Shown here piece after piece: positions 51,305 to 61,700 of a DNA stretch of 64,000 nucleotides; within the stretch, counting starts at the first letter, position 1, and each line of letters starts with the position of its first letter. Location: NCBI RefSeq assembly GCF_053078305.1, contig NZ_CP166879.1; one strand, written 5' to 3'. Below the pieces are notes generated by a model. It had not been told where the DNA came from. It made no database searches and saw nothing but the letters and a program-made list of their open reading frames with translations. Both the position numbers and the translations under genes were made by a program.

Positions 51305-51427
51305 ACCCGTTCCACATGAAATTTATCACGCCTGACCACATAACATTAATTATCCGGAGCACCGGGATGCCCGTGACACAGCATGCACAGAAATTCCCGT
51401 CGCAACAGCCTTCATCAGACCGGCTTT

Positions 51428-51904
51428 TTACCGGTCTGCGGTGCTGCAGAGATATTTAACACTGACACCTCGCAGACCATTTTTCTCCATCGCATTGTAA
51501 AGATGCGCACATACCGTCTTCATGCTTATCCCCAGCTGGTCTGCCAGAAAGGTACAGCCGTACTCATGGAAAATAACCCCGAAGACCACCACCATCTCGG
51601 TACGGGTCAGTGGTCTTGCCGTATGTCCGAACAACCACGCACCACGACGGATGGCCTGCCTGATATCTGTCAGGCATCTCACAGAGGAAACAGGAATGAC
51701 AAGAAAACGACGCCCACAGAACATACAGTATGTAAGCCTTTCCAGATTACGGTCACAGAGAATCACATAACTGTCTTCGGGAAGTGGCAGACGGCGCTTT
51801 CCGGCATCAAACAGTTCACGGCCTGTCGTGAGCCTGTATCCGTTCAGCATACGCATCAGGCCATATTCCAGATATCTGTCACGGGTCATAATAATAATCT
51901 GCAT
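51428..51904 (-). CDS. LuxR/GerE-type HTH transcriptional regulator (second)
   Basis: 158 aa; C-terminal LTRTEMVVVFGVIFHEYGCTFLADQLGISMKTVCAHLYNAMEKNGL. Confidence 0.7.
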   Translation of the reverse strand: MQIIIMTRDRYLEYGLMRMLNGYRLTTGRELFDAGKRRLPLPEDSYVILCDRNLERLTYCMFCGRRFLVIPVSSVRCLTDIRQAIRRGAWLFGHTARPLTRTEMVVVFGVIFHEYGCTFLADQLGISMKTVCAHLYNAMEKNGLRGVSVKYLCSTADR

Positions 51905-51966
51905 ACTCTCAGACCCTTATCTCCCGGATACCGGCTCCGTTCACCATTACCGGTATAACTGACTCA

Positions 51967-52179
51967 TCATTCATAACGGAAACTGTCTGCCGCATACATC
52001 AGTGCCCGCTCTTCCAGCTCTGACAGACTCAGCTCTTTCAGTTCCCCTTCTCCTTCAGCAAGAAGACAACATTCAAAAACAGCTGCATCGTCGCATTCCA
52101 GACGAACCTGCACCCTGTCAGCCCGACCGTTTACAGTAAATACCTGCACTGAACTTATGCGATAGTTCAGCATATACAC
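51967..52179 (-). CDS. hypothetical 70-aa acidic protein
   Basis: ORF fills the gap between the TAA gene and the LuxR gene on the same strand. No motif. Confidence 0.35.
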   Translation of the reverse strand: MYMLNYRISSVQVFTVNGRADRVQVRLECDDAAVFECCLLAEGEGELKELSLSELEERALMYAADSFRYE

Positions 52180-52300
52180 TCTCCCTCTCAGCTCCTCAGG
52201 AATACCCCGGAACCGTCAGTCATGCCACCGGGGAGAAAAGCAGGCAGCGAATCATGACCGCATACAGAACGCTGCCCGCCCCGGTGACTCAGACCCGGGT

Positions 52301-53503
52301 TCAGAACTCCCAGTTGACACCCACATTCCAGGAAACATCACCGTCACTGAACGCAGTACCTGCCTTTGCCGCAGCCTGTTCGTTAAAGCGATATCCCATG
52401 CCCACCGCAACAGCCTGCTTGTCACTGTACCCGCCCACTGCCGCTGTGGCGTTAAATTTACCCACACTGTATGGCTGGAAAAGACCGGCCAGCGCTGCTG
52501 ACTGGGCTGCTGCCCGCTTCATTTCCTCATGATTCTCATTAATCTGACGCTGCTGACTGTTCATACGACGCTCATGCGCCTGCAGGGTACGTGCCTGAGA
52601 AGCAATGGCGCGACTGTTGCGTTCACCCACCTGACGGTTACGGCTTACCGCAGCACGGTTTTCTGTGGCCATTTCCTGTGTACGTACCAGCCCTTCCTGT
52701 ACAGTAATTCGTTCACCGGTTCCCTCACCGCGCGTCACATAACCATGACTGTCCACAGCAACGGTACTTCCGGTATTTATCTGCTGTTGCTGGCTGTTCA
52801 GGCGCTCTTCATGCGTCTCCAGCACGTCTCTCTGGGAAAGCAGCCCCCTGGTGTTACGGTTTATGGCCACCGTGTTCCGGATAATATTCTCCCTGTTCTC
52901 TGCAGCAACCGTATCGGTATGGTCACGCGCCTTAAGTGCTTCCGCTGCAATCCGTCCACTGACGTCACTGTACACCTCATCCGCCTTCCGGTTCAGTTGC
53001 CCGACAGTGGCTGCATCCGTATCCCGTGTACCATCACTGACACCACCGAGAACCCGGGTTTTATCCGGTACACGCGGACTGGCCGGGTTTGTGACACCTG
53101 AGTCATATCCGATGTAGACTTCATTTTCACGGGTTGTACCGGACTGCTGACCAAGAGCCACTGAATACCTGTGCATTGCCTGTGCACCCGTACCCAGTGC
53201 TACTGAATTTAAAGCATCTGCAGATGCCCAGCTACCTACTGCCACACCATTAGACGCCTCCGGATTTACATAAGCAGACATCCCCACGGATGTGGAAAAC
53301 GGCGCATGCGCATACGATGCAGAGCCAAGAGCTGTCCCTGCCTTCCCGGCATTCGCCCATGCCCCCACTGCCGTGGAGTCAGTCTCTGATGCAGAGGCTG
53401 TGTCCGGAGACGCCCAGGAACTGCCATCCTGCGCAAACGCCGGAGCACCGGCAATCAGAAAGGAAATAAGCGATAAAGTAATACCGTGTCGATTTATTTT
53501 CAT
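52301..53503 (-). CDS. trimeric autotransporter adhesin (YadA/Eib-like)
   Basis: ATG 53503 (GAGG RBS). Signal peptide [24 protein letters not shown], head repeats (SVALG, AVGxxA), a coiled-coil stalk, and a YadA anchor ...[42 protein letters not shown]...WNVGVNWEF. Confidence 0.85.
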   Translation of the reverse strand: MKINRHGITLSLISFLIAGAPAFAQDGSSWASPDTASASETDSTAVGAWANAGKAGTALGSASYAHAPFSTSVGMSAYVNPEASNGVAVGSWASADALNSVALGTGAQAMHRYSVALGQQSGTTRENEVYIGYDSGVTNPASPRVPDKTRVLGGVSDGTRDTDAATVGQLNRKADEVYSDVSGRIAAEALKARDHTDTVAAENRENIIRNTVAINRNTRGLLSQRDVLETHEERLNSQQQQINTGSTVAVDSHGYVTRGEGTGERITVQEGLVRTQEMATENRAAVSRNRQVGERNSRAIASQARTLQAHERRMNSQQRQINENHEEMKRAAAQSAALAGLFQPYSVGKFNATAAVGGYSDKQAVAVGMGYRFNEQAAAKAGTAFSDGDVSWNVGVNWEF

Positions 53504-53769
53504 AAACAACCTCATTGATATACACAATATACTGGCACAGAGTTAAATTAATATATAATCAGGAGAGAAGTGAAAGAGTACCCGGTGCGAAAATGAATTA
53601 ATCTGAGCAGATTTAACGGTAAACGAAGCGCAATAAATTAAAATTAAAAAACAAAATCACTTGCAGTCTATTATCTTTACGTTCCTCACCGCAACCGCAC
53701 ACAAAAACAAAACACACAATGCATTGATTTTAAACAAAAAAAACAAAACAGAAACTCAACACATAAAAA

Positions 53770-55638
53770 TCAGACAATATAAACAGAATTGTGATTTATA
53801 TCCTCAAGCGCTGTATTAACGAAATATATCTGTCCTCCTGCAATACCTGCCTCAACATCATTTCCGGTTTGTTTCAGACATGAAATAAACTCATCTGTCG
53901 ATGTAACAATACCCTTTGATAAAAACAGAAAATCTTTTTCACCCTTATGTTTATTAAAATCCATGATAAATGAATTCCCTTCACAAGCAGCATCAAAGAC
54001 GAAGACATCATGACCAGTACCACCATACAGATAATCATTACCTCCCCCACCATATAACCAGTCGTTACCTTCTGCTCCGTACAACTCATCATTACCAGAA
54101 GCCCCATGAAGATAATCATTCCCGCGACCTCCGTGTAAAAGACTTACTCCTTCTCCCCCGGCACTATGTAATATATCATTTCCGTCAAGACCAAAAATAA
54201 TATTTCCGAACAGACTATCATCTCCGTTTGTACCTTCTGTATGTTTTCCGTAATCAACATTTTTATTACGCCACTTCAGAAGATACCTGTGGTCTGTAAT
54301 CTGCTCTTCTTCTATCTGATAAGGGCTTAGTTTACTCCTCCAGTCACCAGAAAAAGAGATACCTTCAATACCTGTTGCCTCAGTCAGACCGGCTCCCCGT
54401 TCTGAATGGAAAAACAGCGTCCCATCACTGACCCTGTATATATTCCAGTCATCCATTACATCGCTAAGAAGCAGCGTGTCATACCCACTGCCACCATCAA
54501 CCCTGTTTGCTCCCTTACCTGGTTCAATCTTATCATTCCCTCCCCCTCCCTCTATATAGTCGCCACCCTTCCCGCCTGCCAGCAGATTATTGCCATCATT
54601 ACCGATGATGAATACAGGTCTTTCACGACTCTCATCCCCCTTGTCATGAACCCATGAATACCAGGATGTCCAGCTACTTTGCTCATCCACAATGACTGTA
54701 CTGTCCGGTGACATGTAGTCGTAAAACTGAGCCCCTAAAATTCTTTCAAAGGCGTCAGTTTTTAAACCCGCAAAATGCGCACTCCAGCTTCCCAGCGGGA
54801 GTGCAAGCACAGAAAAGGGGATAATATTCCAGAGGAATGAACCATAAAGGTCTGTGTATAAAACAATGTTATCAGGAGAAGAGTCATATTCACGATCCGG
54901 GGTTGTCAAGCCCGGCCCCATTGCTTTAACTGCCTCCCAGAACCCGGCTCCATCTCCCAGCACACGAAATACCGGATCGTTTTCAAAACCGATATTTAAT
55001 ACCTTCCCATCCCCGTCAAATACCAGCGGGGAAGCCCAGGCTATATAGTCAGAATTAGCATAAAAACCATCAGCCAGAGACTCACTGAGTCTGGCCATAA
55101 TGTTAGTCAACCCGCCCCCCAGGCTATAGCCTGTGACAATAACATATTCACCACTTAAACCATTACTGACTGCAAAGTCTCTGATACTTTGAAGCAGGTT
55201 TTCTGCTTCAGACAGCGCTTTTCCATTATTGAGCTGTGTATAATCAACAATATCGCAGATATCATTTGTTCCACAGAATGATATTGCAATTTTCTGTAGA
55301 TTCTGTTGAGCATCAAACAACCCAACAACTTTCAACTGAGGACCAAATCCTGGCGCAGGGTTTCCTGTAACCGGACTGGGAAAGCGATAAAAACCTCTTG
55401 AATCGACATATTCCGAAGATAACCTGAGTTCTTCCACTGTAATATCACGCCAGCCTTCATTAAGAACATCGGTAGAATAATCAATCCTATCTGGGTGCTT
55501 TGCAAATAGCCTGGATACCAGAAAACTTCCTAATCCAAGAACCTTTCCAGTGTTGGAATATATAGCAAGATTATAAGAAGAAGAAACAAGTTCTGCTACA
55601 TGTGCAAAAGAATAAGATTTATAATTAAACACCCCCAT
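53770..55638 (-). CDS. family I.3-type lipase/esterase with C-terminal RTX repeats (T1SS substrate)
   Basis: ATG 55638 (AGGAGA RBS). MGVFNYKSY..., nucleophile elbow GYSLGG, LNIGFENDPVFRVL and LWNIIPFS parallel Pseudomonas/Serratia I.3 lipases. RTX nonapeptides GGKGGDYIEGGGGNDKI and GGRGNDYLHGASGNDELYGAEGNDWLYGGGGNDYLYGGTGHD. Confidence 0.8.
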   Translation of the reverse strand: MGVFNYKSYSFAHVAELVSSSYNLAIYSNTGKVLGLGSFLVSRLFAKHPDRIDYSTDVLNEGWRDITVEELRLSSEYVDSRGFYRFPSPVTGNPAPGFGPQLKVVGLFDAQQNLQKIAISFCGTNDICDIVDYTQLNNGKALSEAENLLQSIRDFAVSNGLSGEYVIVTGYSLGGGLTNIMARLSESLADGFYANSDYIAWASPLVFDGDGKVLNIGFENDPVFRVLGDGAGFWEAVKAMGPGLTTPDREYDSSPDNIVLYTDLYGSFLWNIIPFSVLALPLGSWSAHFAGLKTDAFERILGAQFYDYMSPDSTVIVDEQSSWTSWYSWVHDKGDESRERPVFIIGNDGNNLLAGGKGGDYIEGGGGNDKIEPGKGANRVDGGSGYDTLLLSDVMDDWNIYRVSDGTLFFHSERGAGLTEATGIEGISFSGDWRSKLSPYQIEEEQITDHRYLLKWRNKNVDYGKHTEGTNGDDSLFGNIIFGLDGNDILHSAGGEGVSLLHGGRGNDYLHGASGNDELYGAEGNDWLYGGGGNDYLYGGTGHDVFVFDAACEGNSFIMDFNKHKGEKDFLFLSKGIVTSTDEFISCLKQTGNDVEAGIAGGQIYFVNTALEDINHNSVYIV

Positions 55639-55797
55639 AAAATCTCCTCTGAATTCATTTAAATATCCTTCATTTATCCAAGAAGAAACAAAAAGCATTA
55701 TTCTCAGATAAATTTTTTCAGTAAAAGAGCATACCTGGAGTAGAACTTACAACGAAAAAGATCCCCCCACAGCAACGACTGTGAGGGGATACTATTG

Positions 55798-58700
55798 TTA
55801 CACTACATTAGTGATTCTCTCATCAATCAGAACCTGTACATCAGGAACCGAAGCATGTGTATAAATGTTATAAGTGATATCCCCTTCAGACTCAGTGCTT
55901 CCTTTAATCCAGTTATACCCATTGTCACTGAGGTTATCCCCGTTATTACCGAGGTCAACCCGAGAACTACCATCACCTGTGACTTTGAGTTTATTACCCT
56001 CTATAGAGGCAGAATTTAAATTCTCAGCCAACAAATTCAGTGCAGCTCCATCTTTCAGTTCAATCTTCTCAAAACCAGAGAATGTGTTGCTTGTGGCATT
56101 ACCCTGATGAATAACCAAGGTATCAAATCCAGAACCACCTTTAATATTTGAAGCATTATCAATATTAGCCACAATATCGATTACATCATTACCAGCACCT
56201 AAATCCAAGGTTGATGATTTGAGCGCAGCAAGAGAATTACCTCCTAACAATAACAGGCTGTCATTTCCATCTTCCATAGTAACAGTCGTTTTCTCTATAA
56301 AACCACCATTATTTGGGTATCCCGAATCATTATCAGGTATTATGATATCTCCATCCAGTCGTTGATACTTAGCGGTTTCTTCAATGCGGTAAGAACCATC
56401 CTTCCCATATACGACATCATAACCGCCTCGACCAAAACCAACTATCAGGATATCATCACCGATACCTGTATTTACCTCGGTCCATAGATCACTATATCCA
56501 ATCCCCAAATCACGACCAGTCACGATGGTATCGTCACCTGCACCAGTATCGACAACCATTGGTCTTACCCAGCGAGAAACGCCCAGATTCCCCAGTGACA
56601 GTTCAGTCGTAATTATATTATCCCCCTCTGTCATTTCCAGTAGAGCGACGTTATTAGCACCATTCTTACTTATTACATAAACATTTGTCCCTACATTTGC
56701 CTCATGAGCCTTAATGGCCAAGAATGATTTAGAATCTTTTTGTAAATCATCATCAGCGATTTTGACCTTTTGACCTGAGCCAGCTGTAACTCCATGACCT
56801 TGCGTCATGTTTACATTACCTGTATAGATAACGGTTCCAATCCGATCTATTGCATCCGGCTTGCCGTTGCCGTTTTCATCCACTGCCGGTACATCGATAC
56901 CGTCAACTTTAGCCAGACGCCCGTTCAGACCGTCCTTCGCATCTCCGGCCGGCAGACCTTCCACCGCTTTCGCCGCATCTGCTTTCGCCGCCGTTACCGC
57001 ATCGTTCTTCGCCGCAAGATCATCATGCTCCTGCTGGGTGATCTTATTGTCAGCCTTCGCCTGAGTCAGCGCCGCTTCTGCTTCTTTTTCCTTCGCTTCC
57101 GCTTCTGCTACCTTGGCTGTCGCTGCATTCACCGCCTCTGCTGCTTCCTCTGCATCCGGCTTGCCGTTGCCGTTTTCATCCACTGCCGGTACATCGATAC
57201 CGTCAACTTTAGCCAGACGCCCGTTCAGACCGTCCTTCGCATCTCCGGCCGGCAGACCTTCCACCGCTTTCGCCGCATCTGCTTTCGCCGCCGTTACCGC
57301 ATCGTTCTTCGCCGCAAGATCATCATGCTCCTGCTGGGTGATCTTATTGTCAGCCTTCGCCTGAGTCAGCGCCGCTTCTGCTTCTTTTTCCTTCGCTTCC
57401 GCTTCTGCTACCTTGGCTGTCGCTGCATTCACCGCCTCTGCTGCTTCCTCTGCATCCGGCTTGCCGTTGCCGTTTTCATCCACTGCCGGTACATCGATAC
57501 CGTCAACTTTAGCCAGACGCCCGTTCAGACCGTCCTTCGCATCTCCGGCCGGCAGACCTTCCACCGCTTTCGCCGCATCTGCTTTCGCCGCCGTTACCGC
57601 ATCGTTCTTCGCCGCAAGATCATCATGCTCCTGCTGGGTGATCTTATTGTCAGCCTTCGCCTGAGTCAGCGCCGCTTCTGCTTCTTTTTCCTTCGCTTCC
57701 GCTTCTGCTACCTTGGCTGTCGCTGCATTCACCGCCTCTGCTGCTTCCTCTGCATCCGGCTTGCCGTTGCCGTTTTCATCCACTGCCGGTACATCGATAC
57801 CGTCAACTTTAGCCAGACGCCCGTTCAGACCGTCCTTCGCATCTCCGGCCGGCAGACCTTCCACCGCTTTCGCCGCATCTGCTTTCGCCGCCGTTACCGC
57901 ATCGTTCTTCGCCGCAAGATCATCATGCTCCTGCTGGGTGATCTTATTGTCAGCCTTCGCCTGAGTCAGCGCCGCTTCTGCTTCTTTTTCCTTCGCTTCC
58001 GCTTCTGCTACCTTGGCTGTCGCTGCATTCACCGCCTCTGCTGCTTCCTCTGCATCCGGCTTGCCGTTGCCGTTTTCATCCACTGCCGGTACATCGATAC
58101 CGTCAACTTTAGCCAGACGCCCGTTCAGACCGTCCTTCGCATCTCCGGCCGGCAGACCTTCCACCGCTTTCGCCGCATCTGCTTTCGCCGCCGTTACCGC
58201 ATCGTTCTTCGCCGCAAGATCATCATGCTCCTGCTGGGTGATCTTATTGTCAGCCTTCGCCTGAGTCAGCGCCGCTTCTGCTTCTTTTTCCTTCGCTTCC
58301 GCTTCTGCTACCTTGGCTGTCGCTGCATTCACCGCCTCTGCTGCTTCCTCTGCATCCGGCTTGCCGTTGCCGTTTTCATCCACTGCCGGTACATCGATAC
58401 CGTCAACTTTAGCCAGACGCCCGTTCAGACCGTCCTTCGCATCTCCGGCCGGCAGACCTTCCACCGCTTTCGCCGCATCTGCTTTCGCCGCCGTTACCGC
58501 ATCGTTCTTCGCCGCAAGATCATCATGCTCCTGCTGGGTGATCTTATTGTCAGCCTTCGCCTGAGTCAGCGCCGCTTCTGCTTCTTTTTCCTTCGCTTCC
58601 GCTTCTGCTACCTTGGCTGTCGCTGCATTCACCGCCTCTGCTGCTTCCTCTGCATCCGGCTTGCCGTTGCCGTTTTCATCCACTGCCGGTACATCGATAC

Positions 58701-61700
58701 CGTCAACTTTAGCCAGACGCCCGTTCAGACCGTCCTTCGCATCTCCGGCCGGCAGACCTTCCACCGCTTTCGCCGCATCTGCTTTCGCCGCCGTTACCGC
58801 ATCGTTCTTCGCCGCAAGATCATCATGCTCCTGCTGGGTGATCTTATTGTCAGCCTTCGCCTGAGTCAGCGCCGCTTCTGCTTCTTTTTCCTTCGCTTCC
58901 GCTTCTGCTACCTTGGCTGTCGCTGCATTCACCGCCTCTGCTGCTTCCTCTGCATCCGGCTTGCCGTTGCCGTTTTCATCCACTGCCGGTACATCGATAC
59001 CGTCAACTTTAGCCAGACGCCCGTTCAGACCGTCCTTCGCATCTCCGGCCGGCAGACCTTCCACCGCTTTCGCCGCATCTGCTTTCGCCGCCGTTACCGC
59101 ATCGTTCTTCGCCGCAAGATCATCATGCTCCTGCTGGGTGATCTTATTGTCAGCCTTCGCCTGAGTCAGCGCCGCTTCTGCTTCTTTTTCCTTCGCTTCC
59201 GCTTCTGCTACCTTGGCTGTCGCTGCATTCACCGCCTCTGCTGCTTCCTCTGCATCCGGCTTGCCGTTGCCGTTTTCATCCACTGCCGGTACATCGATAC
59301 CGTCAACTTTAGCCAGACGCCCGTTCAGACCGTCCTTCGCATCTCCGGCCGGCAGACCTTCCACCGCTTTCGCCGCATCTGCTTTCGCCGCCGTTACCGC
59401 ATCGTTCTTCGCCGCAAGATCATCATGCTCCTGCTGGGTGATCTTATTGTCAGCCTTCGCCTGAGTCAGCGCCGCTTCTGCTTCTTTTTCCTTCGCTTCC
59501 GCTTCTGCTACCTTGGCTGTCGCTGCATTCACCGCCTCTGCTGCTTCCTCTGCATCCGGCTTGCCGTTGCCGTTTTCATCCACTGCCGGTACATCGATAC
59601 CGTCAACTTTAGCCAGACGCCCGTTCAGACCGTCCTTCGCATCTCCGGCCGGCAGACCTTCCACCGCTTTCGCCGCATCTGCTTTCGCCGCCGTTACCGC
59701 ATCGTTCTTCGCCGCAAGATCATCATGCTCCTGCTGGGTGATCTTATTGTCAGCCTTCGCCTGAGTCAGCGCCGCTTCTGCTTCTTTTTCCTTCGCTTCC
59801 GCTTCTGCTACCTTGGCTGTCGCTGCATTCACCGCCTCTGCTGCTTCCTCTGCATCCGGCTTGCCGTTGCCGTTTTCATCCACTGCCGGTACATCGATAC
59901 CGTCAACTTTAGCCAGACGCCCGTTCAGACCGTCCTTCGCATCTCCGGCCGGCAGACCTTCCACCGCTTTCGCCGCATCTGCTTTCGCCGCCGTTACCGC
60001 ATCGTTCTTCGCCGCAAGATCATCATGCTCCTGCTGGGTGATCTTATTGTCAGCCTTCGCCTGAGTCAGCGCCGCTTCTGCTTCTTTTTCCTTCGCTTCC
60101 GCTTCTGCTACCTTGGCTGTCGCTGCATTCACCGCCTCTGCTGCTTCCTCTGCATCCGGCTTGCCGTTGCCGTTTTCATCCACTGCCGGTACATCGATAC
60201 CGTCAACTTTAGCCAGACGCCCGTTCAGACCGTCCTTCGCATCTCCGGCCGGCAGACCTTCCACCGCTTTCGCCGCATCTGCTTTCGCCGCCGTTACCGC
60301 ATCGTTCTTCGCCGCAAGATCATCATGCTCCTGCTGGGTGATCTTATTGTCAGCCTTCGCCTGAGTCAGCGCCGCTTCTGCTTCTTTTTCCTTCGCTTCC
60401 GCTTCTGCTACCTTGGCTGTCGCTGCATTCACCGCCTCTGCTGCTTCCTCTGCATCCGGCTTGCCGTTGCCGTTTTCATCCACTGCCGGTACATCGATAC
60501 CGTCAACTTTAGCCAGACGCCCGTTCAGACCGTCCTTCGCATCTCCGGCCGGCAGACCTTCCACCGCTTTCGCCGCATCTGCTTTCGCCGCCGTTACCGC
60601 ATCGTTCTTCGCCGCAAGATCATCATGCTCCTGCTGGGTGATCTTATTGTCAGCCTTCGCCTGAGTCAGCGCCGCTTCTGCTTCTTTTTCCTTCGCTTCC
60701 GCTTCTGCTACCTTGGCTGTCGCTGCATTCACCGCCTCTGCTGCTTCCTCTGCATCCGGCTTGCCGTTGCCGTTTTCATCCACTGCCGGTACATCGATAC
60801 CGTCAACTTTAGCCAGACGCCCGTTCAGACCGTCCTTCGCATCTCCGGCCGGCAGACCTTCCACCGCTTTCGCCGCATCTGCTTTCGCCGCCGTTACCGC
60901 ATCGTTCTTCGCCGCAAGATCATCATGCTCCTGCTGGGTGATCTTATTGTCAGCCTTCGCCTGAGTCAGCGCCGCTTCTGCTTCTTTTTCCTTCGCTTCC
61001 GCTTCTGCTACCTTGGCTGTCGCTGCATTCACCGCCTCTGCTGCTTCCTCTGCATCCGGCTTGCCGTTGCCGTTTTCATCCACTGCCGGTACATCGATAC
61101 CGTCAACTTTAGCCAGACGCCCGTTCAGACCGTCCTTCGCATCTCCGGCCGGCAGACCTTCCACCGCTTTCGCCGCATCTGCTTTCGCCGCCGTTACCGC
61201 ATCGTTCTTCGCCGCAAGATCATCATGCTCCTGCTGGGTGATCTTATTGTCAGCCTTCGCCTGAGTCAGCGCCGCTTCTGCTTCTTTTTCCTTCGCTTCC
61301 GCTTCTGCTACCTTGGCTGTCGCTGCATTCACCGCCTCTGCTGCTTCCTCTGCATCCGGCTTGCCGTTGCCGTTTTCATCCACTGCCGGTACATCGATAC
61401 CGTCAACTTTAGCCAGACGCCCGTTCAGACCGTCCTTCGCATCTCCGGCCGGCAGACCTTCCACCGCTTTCGCCGCATCTGCTTTCGCCGCCGTTACCGC
61501 ATCGTTCTTCGCCGCAAGATCATCATGCTCCTGCTGGGTGATCTTATTGTCAGCCTTCGCCTGAGTCAGCGCCGCTTCTGCTTCTTTTTCCTTCGCTTCC
61601 GCTTCTGCTACCTTGGCTGTCGCTGCATTCACCGCCTCTGCTGCTTCCTCTGCATCCGGCTTGCCGTTGCCGTTTTCATCCACTGCCGGTACATCGATAC

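Noticed and set aside
51383-53546. Plus-strand ORFs 51383-51958 (191 aa), 52254-52532, 52529-53101 (190 aa), 53292-53546
   Set aside because: They are antisense to the LuxR and TAA genes. Those minus-strand frames carry clear HTH and YadA-anchor motifs.
53736-53743. A8 tract ~235 nt upstream of the TAA gene, and G7 tract inside the hydrolase gene (26112-26118), as phase-variation switches
   Set aside because: The tracts are short, and I cannot place the first within a promoter spacer. There is no evidence of length polymorphism from a single sequence.
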